64,000 nucleotides of DNA, from the NCBI GenBank assembly GCA_951406725.2, contig OX597814.1:126852001-126916000 (forward strand). The letters run 5' to 3'. The position numbers and the translations under genes are program-made. The notes under the pieces are model-generated. The model did no database searches, had not been told where the DNA came from, and saw only the letters and a list, made by a program, of their open reading frames with translations. Shown piece after piece: positions 14,973 through 27,599 of this stretch. The DNA comes from Octopus vulgaris. Its lineage: Eukaryota. Positions within the stretch are counted from its first letter, which is position 1. Each line of letters opens with the position of its first letter.

Positions 14973-15999
14973 AAAAAGAGAATTTCATATATAGAGATTC
15001 TCTCTACACATATATACACATGCATACATAATAGACAGATTGATGGATATCCATTTTTTGAGAGAAAGAACTATATGTGTGGGTCAATGCATGTATGTCG
15101 TATGTATATATATGTGTGCATATATATATGTATATATATTGCATGTATGAGTGTGTGTGTGTGTATATTGCATGTATGAGTGTATATATGTGTGTGTATA
15201 TATTGCATGTATGAGTGTGTATATATACATCATATATGCTGAAAGCGAGAGGTACTATGTATATATTCAGGGGTTTAAGTTGAGAGAAAGGAAGAGTACA
15301 TATAAATTACAATAATTATGAATAAAAAAATATGTGCTTAGTCTATGGAGGTTGTTACAGAATAGAGACTTACTGTTGGTGGGAGGCTTATCACAAGATA
15401 GTATTGCAGCCAGATAGAAGTTAAATCACAAGTAACTGTTCTCTATATACAGTAGTCACTAACTGTCGAATTGTGGCGAATACAATATATGGTTGAGATA
15501 TAATAATTAACCAGTTAAACAGGTCACAGCTCACTGCTTCTATACATTCATTCACAACTGGTAGAAGATTACGGAATGTGGATTGCATAGAAATGACTAC
15601 ATTGCCAGAGATGAGAGCAGATATAGAGGTCGGTGTATAATGCAACGAGTAAGGAATGGTGATAATTAATATATATAAGGCTGTGTCGTAATATAATATA
15701 AAGAAAAAGTCACCTCTTCACAGCAGTCACTTAGAAGCAATGTCAACAACTGAATACAGGATATAAACAAGTTATAGTCCTGACGAATGCATCAGCTATA
15801 TTATGTGTGTGTGTAACTAGAGAGAGGTAGAGATTTGTAGGTAGGTTGTTGCACTAGAGAGAGAGGGGTGGTGAGAGGTAGCAATAATAATAATGAAGAT
15901 AATAATAATAATAATAATGATAATAATAATTATAATAATAATAATAATGATAATAATTAAAACAGCAACAATGGAAGGTGAATGGTGAAATAACAACTT

Positions 16000-17960
16000 C
16001 GTGAAAAAAAACCAGTCTTATCAAGAGAGTAAGTCGTTATGAAATAATCTGAAGTGAGTAGTTTGGTAACATGGCCAGACACAATAGGAAAATATTTTGT
16101 TCGGTTATTTACTAACCTAGACCAGTTCTTAACTAAATATTTACTCTAATCATAATGGATGATTCATATTTATCAGCTGAGTCTATTTTGGTTTCGCTGT
16201 TCTGTCCTTAACTGACAGTCGATTGTGTTGTTCTATATTAAGTCAATCTAGTCTAATTCGGTAAAATCCGTCTGCGACCAACCTATTAATTAACAATCGA
16301 CGACCCTCTAGAAGTAAGGATCAAGGGTTCCAGACAACATATTTGGGCAGAATGAATTTTAATCACAGACAATACGTATTTCACCTGAGTAATGCAGATG
16401 CCATATATATATGCGTGTGTTTAATTGGTATTAAGATATTATGACCCTTTTTACTATCAAACACTCAATTTGGATGGGCTAGATCAGAATTCCTCAGTTT
16501 ATTCCGAGTTTTAAAAAATATCTGCCACGCCACACCAACAACAACCATCTGTCAATCAATAAGTTTAGTGCTGAGACTATCGATCTGAAGTTAAGCTGTT
16601 GAAGAAAGCTTCAAACCGGCTTTTATTACTGTTTACTGGAACGGAATCAACAAGTCTGTGTTAGGATTGAGATAGGACAGATTGTCTTCGCTGAAAAATA
16701 GAATATTGAATAAATAAATTTAAATAATCTATCGAGTAATTCTCGTCGTCTTCCTGCTAGAAGAATATTGACAAAGGATTTGCTAACAATCAACAGCAAG
16801 TTTATTTCCCTTCTAAAACATTCCTAAATCGTTAAGTACATAAATTAATAATGTTTACAATCAGTTCCCCTGATTGACTACTGAGAGTTTTGTTGTTCTA
16901 TATGTAAGTTTTAATTTCATTTTGGTTGAAGGAAGATTGCTATTGATTTATTTGATTTGTTTTTAAAGTATGCTAAGTCATTATCCCTTTAATATATCGT
17001 GAGTGAATGCAGAGTAGTTAGAATAAGAGAAAATAACTAAATGTAAACTGCTGAGAAGATTATAGAAAGTTATATTATAGTAATAAACCTAAAACCATTA
17101 GAATAGAGTTGCAAGTTGGGGAAAAATGCCTACCGATGACGTCTGAGGGCTCTGTAGTTTGTCGAGTTTTTGCCATGTTTGAAGTGTACTCTAGCCTCTA
17201 GTAGATTCATCCCTTATCTGCTCGACATTGTTCACTTTCCCACAGCTAAATAACTGCTGTGAAATATACTACTGCTCACTTACGTATGTACCTGACTATC
17301 GACACAAATCCGGGAAACACTTTCAATCTCGAAGTAAAACTGACGAAGTGCAACTCAACAATGGTCCTGTTATTGATTTTAATTATCTCGCAACATGTGC
17401 TGGCACTTATCTTGTTATTTTTTTTTTTTTAAGGTGAATGAGTTTGCAAAAAATAAAATTTACATTTATATAAACATGGGACTATTTTATCAAAACTTCC
17501 TTTTCTTTCTTCCGTCGATTGTAAAGATAACAAAAAATATAACATTCGTAGTAAAAATATAATAGAAATGTAAACAGGTTTTTAATAAAACCGAGAGGGC
17601 AAGAGTGACGAAGGGAGATAACTGGACACATTTCAGCCATATTTCAGCACTTTCTCTTTTGTAATCTACTTTCTTTTTGTATAATAAACGAAGACTTCAT
17701 AGTACGCAAGAAATGGTGGCACGATTGACGTGTTAATATCTCTGGGAAACATTACTTACTCCCGCGCAATTAACAACTAAAGTGCCTTTTGTTGTTATTG
17801 TTTCTTTTAATATACTAAAATTCCTGTCCCATTTGCTTCATTATTGTTGGAGTTTTATCACATGGTAGTATGATAGTGGTTGTTAGAACAAGGAACCTTA
17901 TACAGAATTTACATATCTGTGAAGTGGTTGGAATACTTGACATACTGGAACTGAAAGATA
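16000..17960. promoter_or_regulatory. CpG-retaining unique region with several consensus splice donors; possible gene 5' end
   Basis: Repeat-free and visibly CpG-richer than the flanks. GTAAGT on + at 16029 and 16904; on - at 17283 (GTAAGTGAG) and 17759. Confidence 0.35.
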
Positions 17961-18586
17961 AAAGTTCTACACACGTGTTTGTAGAGCCATTTCAGACTTG
18001 TTAGAAAATATTACTTAGCTAAAGGTTTAATTAACAATTTCTCAAAAAAGTAGTCTTTAATTTGCCAGTTGGAGTGATAAACTTTAATACAGTTCGTTCC
18101 CCGCTTTTGCACCACTTTCTTCAACTATACATTTTTTTTAATGGTGCCTTTGTGGGTCCTCCACAACTGATCAAATTGTTGTTGATGGTTAGTTTCAACA
18201 GCTGTTAATTCAACATCTTCAGAAAAAAAATGAGAGGGAATTCCAGTGAATTGACAGTCTGGAGACTAAAAAATTGATTTGAAACTTTCAATAATCGTTA
18301 AAGGGTGTGGTAAAAGATTTTTTATGGACAATTAACACATACATTAATGAGATACAATTTACATTTCTTTATGATAGAAAAATTTAATTTATAAGACATC
18401 ATCATCAAGAGGATGAATGAATCATCTTAAGTGTATATGTAATCTCCTAAATTACTGTTTTACTGGATTACAATATTAAAGTTCATTTAGGAAATAACAA
18501 CCCCAGTTATAAATAACAATTGCAAGTGAAATATAATGTTGTGCTTAGGTTTCATATCCTTTCAAGTTCATCTTGCAATTAGTGCA

Positions 18587-19152
18587 TTCATCATCATCAT
18601 TTAACGCCCATTGTCCATGCTGGCATGGGTTGGACAGTTTGATTGGGCTGGCACACTGGAAGGCTGTGCCAGGCTTCAGTTTGATTTGGTATGGTTTTCT
18701 ATGATTGGATGCCCTTCCTAACGCCAACCACTCTGGCATGGGTGCCATTTGCATGACACTGGTATCTGCTGCAACTGTGATTTTGCTTGGCTTGCTGGGT
18801 CTGCTTCTCAAGCACAACATAATGCCAAAGGTCTTGGTCATTGCCTCCATAAGGCCCAACACTTGAAAGGAACTCAGCCACTTTACTCCCATTGGGCCCG
18901 ATGCTTGAAAGGAACTCAGCCACCTTGCTTCTGTGAAGCCCAACACTCGAAAGGAACTCAGCCACTTACCTCTATGAGACTGAACACTCAAAGGAACTCA
19001 GCCACTTGCTTCCATGAGGTCCAATGCTTGAAATGAACTCAGCCACTTGCCTCCATGAGGCCCAATGCTTGAAAGGAACTCAGCCACTTGCTTCAATGAG
19101 ACCCAACACTCAAAAGGAACTCAGCCACTTGCCTCCATGAGACCCAACGCTT
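18587..19152 (-). mobile_element. Family-C retroposon with internal ~41-bp minisatellite (about 7.5 copies, 18841-19152)
   Basis: (CAT)n tail and ggatgcccttcctaacgccaacc core; unit aaggaactcagccacttgcctccatgaggcccaatgcttga. Confidence 0.85.
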
Positions 19153-19589
19153 GTGTCCATAAATATCTTTGTCTTTGTAGCATTTACAATAAAGAATAAT
19201 CAATGATTGGAAAGCAAATCATCTGCTTAATCACCTAGATAAGTTGATCAGGGAAGTTGTCAGAAGTTCAGCAGTTCTGTCTCATGCAAGATTCTTTCTT
19301 CTTTGGCACAGATATTTCAGTCCACAATTTCATTTTGACTAACAGGAATAGAAAGAAAAAGTCTCTATCTTTGTCTCATTGAATTTCTTTCACTATAGTT
19401 TTCTCAAAGTTAGATCTCATCAGGCATTACACACTAATTGTGTGAAAACGAGTACTTGAAAATATTAAACAAAGTTGATTTAAACCTAAAATGTGAGGAG
19501 ACAATAGTTGATATTGTAAAGTATTTAGTCCATCTTCTTCACTCCACTACCTTCCCCATCATAATAATATTGATTTCTCAAATTTCGAT

Positions 19590-20455
19590 GAGATCATTTC
19601 AATATTGAACCCAAAATTTCACTGCTGTTTTATTTTATCAACTTTGGATGGATGAAACATAAAGTCAAGCCTGACAAATTTTAATCTTAGAACAAAAAGG
19701 TTCTTACCTAATACTGCAAGGTATTTTGCTTGTGGCTCTACAAGGTCTGCCAATCCATTTCCCTCTAATAATTCTTCTTAGGCACAGGGCCTGAAATTTT
19801 GTGAAAGGGGCCTAGCCAATTATATCAACCCATGTGCTCAACTAGTACTTATTTTATCAAACCTGAAAGGATGAAAGGCAAAGTTAACCTCTGTGGAATT
19901 TGAACTCATAGCCTAAAGTCATAAGAGATTCCACTAAGCATTTTGTTTGATGCACTGACAATTCTGCCAGCTTGCTGCCTTTACGTTTTTATCGTAATAA
20001 AGTTTGATTTCCAATACAAACACAAGACCACAAATTTGAGAAGAAGGTATAATTGATAATATTGACTCCCAGGACTAGTTTGCTATTTATTTTATCAACT
20101 CTGGAAGAGTAAAAGGCAAATTTAGTCTTGGTGAGATTTGAACTCGGAATATAAAAGCTGTAATAAATATAGTAAAGTACTTCATTCAATGCTCCAACAA
20201 TTTTGCTGATCCACCATTCTATGATGATGGTGATGATGATGATTTCAAATTTTGACACAAAGCCAACAATTTCAGGGAAGGGGGTAAATTGATTACAACC
20301 ACCCCAGTACTCAACTGGTACTTATTTTATATACTCCAAAAGGATGACAAGCAAAGTCAACCTTGATGGAAGTGTGAACATAACGTGTAAAGATGGACAA
20401 AATGGCACTAAACATTTTACCTGACATGCTAATGATTCTGCCAGCTTGCCTTGTT
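19590..20455 (-). mobile_element. Cluster of 3-4 diverged family-B SINEs in tandem
   Basis: Repeated tacttattttatcaa...aaaggatgaaaggcaaagtcaac...gattctgccagcttgc..cctt blocks, the reverse complement of the 52389 copy. Confidence 0.7.
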
Positions 20456-20457
20456 GT

Positions 20458-20458
<1 letters not shown>

Positions 20459-20521
<63 letters not shown>

Positions 20522-20592
20522 GGTGGTTGCGGCGGTTGTGGCGGCGGCGGCGGTGGCGGTGGTGGTGGTGGTAATGATGGTGGTGATGATGA
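20459..20592. repeat. Compound trinucleotide repeat (GAT)n(GGT)n(GGC)n
   Basis: Read directly. Confidence 0.95.
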
Positions 20593-21226
20593 TTTCAAGA
20601 AAACTAAACATTTCTTCTGCAATATTAAAGTCAAACCTATTTACTTTAGTTTCAAGTCGATTGTATTACATTATAACTATGTAAACTTTCTTTTCTATAA
20701 AATATCTTGTGTTAATGTTAACTCAACACTTTCAACTTGATCTTTTGTGTGTCTAAACGATTCATTATTTCTTACAAAATGTAATTAATTTTTTATGATT
20801 AATTCTTTGAAGATTTTTTGAAATCACATGCTTTATAATTATTGCATATGTTGCAACTAGGCATTTTATCGACTTGAATACAAAAAAAAATAATGAAGTA
20901 GTTAGTTCTAAGTAGCATTATTACTTTATTTAGGGGAATAATGGAATTGGTCATGTGATATCAGACTGATGGTTGATAACGCTTCTAAGTGGTTGTTCAG
21001 TCTGCTAGACCTCACTTAAATCACACCCCACAAATGGTCTTAAAAGGATTACATTGCAGTTCTAGATAAAATATTTGAAAATAATATGGGATGGTCATGA
21101 CCCTTGATTTTGGACCTATTAGATTGAACTGAAGTCAAATAACAATAAGGACCAGAGTAGAAGTAAACTTTAAATAGTTTACTACTTCAAGGACATGAAC
21201 CTGTGGAATGTTCAAAACTACTTCAA

Positions 21227-21615
21227 GGCTCAGGAGTGGCTGTTGGTAAGTAGTTTGCTTACCAACCACATAGTTCCGGGTTCATTTCCATTGTGTGGCA
21301 CTTTGAGCAAGTGTCTTCTACTATAGCCTCGGGCCAAAAAAAACCTTGTAAGTGGATTTTGTAGACGGAAACTGAAAGAAGCCCGTCGTATATATGTATA
21401 TGTGTCTGTGTTTGTCCCCCCCCCCCCCCCCAACATCGCCTGAAAACCGATGCTGGTGTGTTTGCATCCCTGTAACTTAGCGGTTCGGTAAAAGAGATCG
21501 ATAAAATAAGTACTAGGCTTACAAAGAATAAGTCCTAAGTTCGATTTGCTCGACTAAAGGCAGTGCTCCAGCAATCAAATGACTGAAACAAGTGAAAGAG
21601 TAAAAGAGTAAAGAG
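21227..21615 (+). mobile_element. Family-A tRNA-derived SINE
   Basis: A-box-like tggctgttgg, B-box-like ggttcatttcc, (aaagagt)n tail. Confidence 0.9.
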
Positions 21616-21729
21616 TATATGTTTTGCTATATGTTGTGTAAGCCCAGCATGGGTTGATTAGTGTAGTAGTATAAACAGCATTCTGTGTAGACACCAGTTT
21701 TAAATCTTTGGGACCAAATTTTTGTGAAC

Positions 21730-22490
21730 ATGATCTAGGCATTACTATCAGCAACGATTTGTGCTGAACAAAGAACATCTCTAAAATTGTCAAGAAGGCT
21801 GAGGGTATTTTGGCATCACTCATCAAGACCTTTGTCAGCCATTCCCCAGCTATCTATTTATAGTTGTATATGGCTATGGTGCAGGTACACTTGGAATTAG
21901 CATCACCAGTCTCTAACTCCTGTCTTGCTCAGGACATTGACCTAGAAACTGTTCAGAGATATGCAACCAAGCAAATACCTTCCATCAAGCATCTACCATA
22001 CTCTGGACGCCCTGCTTCCCTGAACAAGATGCATTGAAGCTCCAACGTCTGGCAACTGACTTGGTAAACACCCACAAAATTATTAACCATCGTGCCAACA
22101 ACCACCTTGAGCACCTCTTTGAACTCCATGTGTCTAACACGTGTGGGCGTGCCTACAAAGTCAGAAAAAAGCACAGCTCCCATGACTTTCGGAAACATTT
22201 TTTCACACTCAGAATCCTGAAGCTTGGAACAAACTACCTGCATCAGTTGTTAGCTGCTGTGACATTGCATCCTCTAAAACTTCCATGCTACCTGAAATTC
22301 GCCAACACTACACCTGATATCCCCACTCCATATGCATGCACATATATATATCATGACTCTTACACTGTTCACTTTCCTGACTTTTGTACATAATTCTATG
22401 TACTGTACATGCACTCTTGATGAGTTGTAGTGCACCTGAGCACTATACACTATAATTTTATTATTATTATTATTATTATTATGATTATTA
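21730..22490 (+). mobile_element. CR1/L2-like LINE 3' fragment ending in (TTA)n
   Basis: Very similar to 28910-29450; 3' end gtgcacctgagcact..tac...aattt..(tta)n shared with 48290-48497 and, reversed, 63910-64000. Confidence 0.8.
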
Positions 22491-25440
22491 CTTTTTTTTT
22501 CTTCTTTCAAATTTGCTTCCATTTCTTGCCGAGTGTCTTCCCGACTCCTAGGGCAAAGAAACTCATAGTATACAATGGTAGGCCATTAAACCAAACTCAG
22601 TAGATCGTTCATTTTTTTTTTTTTTTTTTTTAAAGTTAAATTAAAATACATGAGCAGCAACAGTTCTCACATCGACAATGCTCTTCTCAATACGTGTGAT
22701 GTACCAGTTAAGACAATCTTTTGCACTTCTTGCAGGGATGGTAAGCCAGGGATCATTCTCATATAATTTTCGGTTCCCTTCTTGATCATTCCTAGTGCTC
22801 CTACGATCACTGGTATTGTAACCGCCTTGAGATGCCACATTTTCTCAATTTCAATGAGTAGGTCTTTATATTTTCTGAGCTTGTCAAACTCTTTTGTTGA
22901 GATATTATGATCACAGGGGATGCTCATGTCGATCAATAAGCAAACTTTATTGTTTTGGTCTTTCACAACAATATCTGGTTTATTGGCCTTGATGGTTTGG
23001 TCTGTATGTACTGGAAAGTCCCACAGAATGGTTACATTTTCTCCTTCAGTTACAGCCTCAGGGTGGTGATTATACCACTTGTCAGCAGTTTTGATATTGT
23101 AATGCTGACTTATTAGCCAGTGGAGATATTGGCCAACTCTGTCATGTCTTAATTTATACTCCACTGGTGCTAAGACTTTACATCCAGAGATTAGGTGGTC
23201 CACTGTTTCAATCATGTCATTGCAGAATCGGCATTTTGGGTCTGCTCCATTTTTCATCACATTGGCCTGGTAGTTACGGGTTAATAGGCTCTGATCTTGA
23301 GCAGCCAGGATGAAACCTTCGCTCTCTGCTTTTAGCCCTGAGCTCCGTAGCCACTGATGGGTTTGCTTCTGGTCAACATCAGCTTGTTTGCTGCGGGTCA
23401 CATATTTGCCGTGCAGAGGTTTCTCCTCCCACCTATCAGCCAATTGCTCGTGCGCTGTTTTCATTGCCATCATTTTCACCTTCTTTGCAACAATAGTTGC
23501 CGTACTTCCCTCGGGTTGTTCAGTTTGGGTATCCTGCACGAGATCAATAGCAAATTTTTTGCTTTCCTTTATGATAGAATGAAGCTTCTTTCATCTCTCG
23601 TGATTTTCCACGAGCTTTAGCATCCAGTCATTCGATATTTCAAGATATTTGGCCAGTCCAATTGTGGTTGTTTTGTAAGCTAGTTCAAATTGGATCAGGC
23701 CTCGACCTCCTTGGGCTCTGGGAAGGTAAAGGCGATCTACGTCTGCCTTTGGGTGGTGCATCCTATTACAACTCAGCAGCTTGCGTATTTTTCTATCTAT
23801 ATTCTTTACTTCACTCATATTCCAGTTCAACACATTGTAGCTATAAGTAACAACTGGAACTGCTAAGGAATTTATAGCTAACACCTTGTTACGTGCATTT
23901 AGTTCAGATTTCAGGACTGCACGAACTCTCCTATAACATTCCTTCCTAATTTTCTCTTTCATGCTTGCATGCTGAATACCAGAGCCTTCATTTATCCCTA
24001 AATATTTGTATGTTTGTTCTTGCTCAAGCTCTCTTATGACTGTGTCAACATCTAACACGACTGAATTTGTGGTCTTCACTTTCCCTTTCTGGAAAGTGGC
24101 CTTGGCACACTTCTCAAGTCCAAACTCCATCCCGATGTCATCGCTGAATGCTTTCACGGTGCGCAATAGGCCTTCAAGTTCATTATTGTCTTTACCATAA
24201 AGTTTTAAGTCATCCATATAAAATAGGTGGCTTATTTTTTTATTGGCAATTTTATACCCATACCCTGTTCTGTTTAATTCACTTGTAAGGGGTATTAGGG
24301 CTATGCAGAATATTAAAGGTGAAAGTGAGTCACCTTGAAAAATTCCACAGTTGATGTTTATATTTTCTGAGGCAAGTACTCCATTAGAGTGGTATAATTG
24401 GAGATTCGTATTCCACAACGACATATTGGGCTTCAGGAAGTTTGAAATCACAGGGGAAATTTTGAAGATGTCCAGCGGTCTCAAGATCCATGGATACGGT
24501 ATACTGTCGAAGGCCTTTTTGTAGTCAATCCATGCGGTGCTGAGATTTCTGCGCTTGTTGTGACAGTTCTCAAGGATCATACGATTGATTAGCAGTTGAT
24601 CTTTGCATCCGTAAGAACCTCGGCGGCACCCTTTTTGTTCAATGGGGAAAATATCGTTCTTCTCCATGAATGCATATGTTTTCTCCGCCAGGATAGATGT
24701 TAGGATTTTATACGTGGTGGATAGACAGGTTATAGGCCGATAGTTTTTTGGAAGGTTGGTTTCGTTATTCTTTGGGAGTAGGTAAGTAATGCCACTTGCT
24801 AACCATTCAGGTGTTTTCTTTGGGTCTCTCATAATTCCATTGAGCAGCTGAACTAGCTTACCGTGTGTGCATGGGAGCGATGCGAGCCAGAAATTCGGCA
24901 CCCTATCTTTACCGGGGGATTTCCAATTATGGGCCTTCGTGAGTGCCTTTCTTAGGTCTGCTATTGTGATGTCTTCCCATGCTTGTTGTTGTAAATTTTG
25001 GTAGGATCCTTCAGTTTGTATAATCCAGTCTGCATTTATGTTGTACGTCTTCTTGTCACTCCAAATCCTTTTCCAAAAGTTTTGAACTTCTTCCATGGGA
25101 GGGGGTCTTTAACGGTTACTTTCTCCTTCCCTATTTCTCTGTAGAATTTTTTGGCATTGGATGTGAACAGCTTATTTTGCTTGTAAAACTTGTTTCTCGT
25201 CTCAAATCTTCGTATTCTTTGGGCTTTTGCTTGGACTTTTTGTTTCAGCGTTTCTTTTATGGATATCAGTTCTTCTCTTGGTGAGGATCCAAATTTTCTC
25301 TTCATCTTTCTTCCTGTTCTGGATCTTACATCATTTCCACATATTAGTTCATTTAATATTGATATTTCCCCTCTCATAAATTCAATCTCTTTTTCAATTT
25401 TACTTCTCCAGGTTTGATTTCTTCCCAGGTTTTGTTTTCT
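22491..25440 (-). mobile_element. 5'-truncated R4/Dong-clade non-LTR retrotransposon (RT + CCHC + REL endonuclease)
   Basis: YRPITCL, EQKGC, AWIDYKKAFDS, GIFQGDSLSP, HLFYMDDLKLY, RLYLPRAQGGRGL, CRFC..ETVDHLISGC, RHD, KPDIVV..LLIDMSIP..KY. ORFs 23591-25096 and 22667-23539 are in one frame split by a single TGA; one frameshift near 25100. Flanked by (TAA)n on both sides. Confidence 0.92.
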
Positions 25441-25447
25441 TTGTTTT

Positions 25448-25490
25448 TATTATTGTTTTATTATTATTATTATTATCATTATTATTATTA

Positions 25491-25550
<60 letters not shown>
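25448..25550. repeat. (TTA)n microsatellite
   Basis: Read directly. Confidence 0.97.
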
Positions 25551-25551
<1 letters not shown>

Positions 25552-26246
25552 ATTATAAATTTCACAGTCAAAGAAAAGAAGAGATCTTTAAGTAGAATTT
25601 GATCTTTGGAGATCCGGGTATCAGTTTTCAAAATTAGAATGAGCAAGGTTGACTCTTGATAAATATATTTCTACACACCCTACTAAGTAAAATTGAACTT
25701 GTAAATGAATTAAATGGAAATGTAAAGTTTGAGACTAGAATGAAGTGAGCCTAACAAAGAAGGGAGCAAATGAGAATTCACTATTACAATGGGTATATAA
25801 ATTACAAATCACTTAATTGAATAATTTTCTGCTCATATTATAGTATAATGGCTTGTTTCATCATCATCATCATTTAATATCCATTTTCCATGCTGGCATA
25901 GGTTGGTCAGTTTGACAGGAACTAGCAAGGCTAGGAGCTGCACTAGATTCCATTGTCTGTTTTGGCTCAGTTTCTACTGCTAGAAGCCCTTTCTAACACC
26001 CAACCACTCCACAGAGAGTACTGGCTGCTTTTTACGTAGCACCAGCACCAGTGCTTTTTAGGTGACACCAGCAAGCACACTAATACTTTTTACATGGCAC
26101 CTTGGTTTTAAGATCGCAATTCTGTTGTGGTAGGCTGGTCTTCTCAAGTACAGCAAAGCTTCACATGTCTTGGCCCTCTGTCATCTCCTTCGTACAATTT
26201 GTAATGCCTAAATTACAGATTGCCTCATCCTTAACTCATAGTCTCA

Positions 26247-27190
26247 TCATCATCATCATTGTTCGACCGTGGTCGAGACAATGGAATTTACCATGCTACG
26301 CCAGACTTCACGGTCCATCATGGCATTACGGAGGTCCTGTTACTAGATGCCTGTATCCCTGGAGATTACATCAGGGTAGGAGAGTGTGCGCCCTCTGGTA
26401 TTGCAAATAGATGGCTTCCAGAGGAGAAGAGTAGAAATTACCTCTTTTTCAGCTCTACAACAATGTCCAGCAAACTGGACTCTCCTACCTTTCACAAGAG
26501 ATGACACAGGTGGTAGTTTCCCATATATTTGCATTTTGGTTGGATGGTGCTTCCACGAGAGATTTTGAGCTCTCATAAGGAGGCGAGTGTAGGTTACATC
26601 CAACCACCTCTCAAGCTTCTTTGATAACGTCCAGGTTTCTGATCCATATAGTAGAATTGGTTCGACTGTGGCTTTGAAGATTTCAAGTTTGAAGTCTCTA
26701 CTTAGATTTGATGACCAGATCTTATGCATGTCATTACAGGCTGACCAGGCCATACCCTTTCTAGTTAGAAAGTCTTTTCCAGATGATGATATGTATGACC
26801 CAAGATATTTGTAATCAGAAACCATATTTAAGGGCGCATTGTTGAGAGTATGGATGATGCAATCACTGTTGGACAGGCACTTGTTTATGTATTCAGTCTT
26901 GGCCTCATTGAGGTAAAGACCTACACAATTTGAGGCTTGTTCAAGAGATTGTAAAAGAGACTGGGCATTGGAGAGAGAATCACTGATAAGAGCGATGTCA
27001 TCAGCAAAGTCAGTGTCTGTCAAGTACTCAGCTGGGTGTCTGGAACTTCTTCTTGGTTTTATTTCAAAGCCCTTGCCAGAGATGGTATCAACTGACATAC
27101 GTAGCACATAATCAACAACAATGATGAAAAGAAATGGGGCGAGTGTGTCTCCCTGCAGTATTCCGGCTTTGATTGAGAAAGATGATGTTT
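26247..27190 (-). mobile_element. 5'-truncated RTE-like LINE with 12-bp TSD
   Basis: GILQGDTLAPFLF, DFADDIAL, YKYLGS, LLYGSETWTL, RRVQFAGHC; (GAT)n tail; TSD CTCATAGTCTCA at 26235-26246 and 27191-27202. Confidence 0.92.
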
Positions 27191-27599
27191 CTCATAGTCT
27201 CAATGTTAACTTGTTTGGTTGACTTCATATTTTACCTAAATCTGTACATATAGAGTTTATTAGTTTCTTATAGAGTAGAGTTTCTTGAATAAATAGTAAT
27301 ATCCGTATGAATTTACCTTCAACTTCAAAAAATGTGCCCAATCCATACTGTAGTTGTTAGTGATAGGAAGGGTGTCTAGCCATAAAACCACGAAGGAAAT
27401 ATCTAATATGCAAAAGTCGGCTGTTTTCTCTTGTTCTGTCAGATGATGAAAGACCCGAAGTGCTGAGACAATGCTCTGGAACAGACTTTCCATTCAATGC
27501 CATCACAGGAAAAGACATAAGAATATTTAAAAATTATTTTGTTAGAGTAAAATATATCCTTACAACTAAATGTTACAGAAATGGGCTTTTCTCAAAGAC

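Noticed and set aside
18841-19152. CRISPR-like array (constant part plus variable part)
   Set aside because: The variable parts are homologous to each other, there are no cas genes, and it lies inside a eukaryotic retroposon.
20311-20740. Poly-Pro/Ser/Asp/Gly ORFs
   Set aside because: Trinucleotide repeat between SINEs.
23591-23593. Programmed TGA readthrough or selenocysteine in the R4/Dong ORF
   Set aside because: The copy is 5'-truncated and also frameshifted; a point mutation such as CGA>TGA is simpler.
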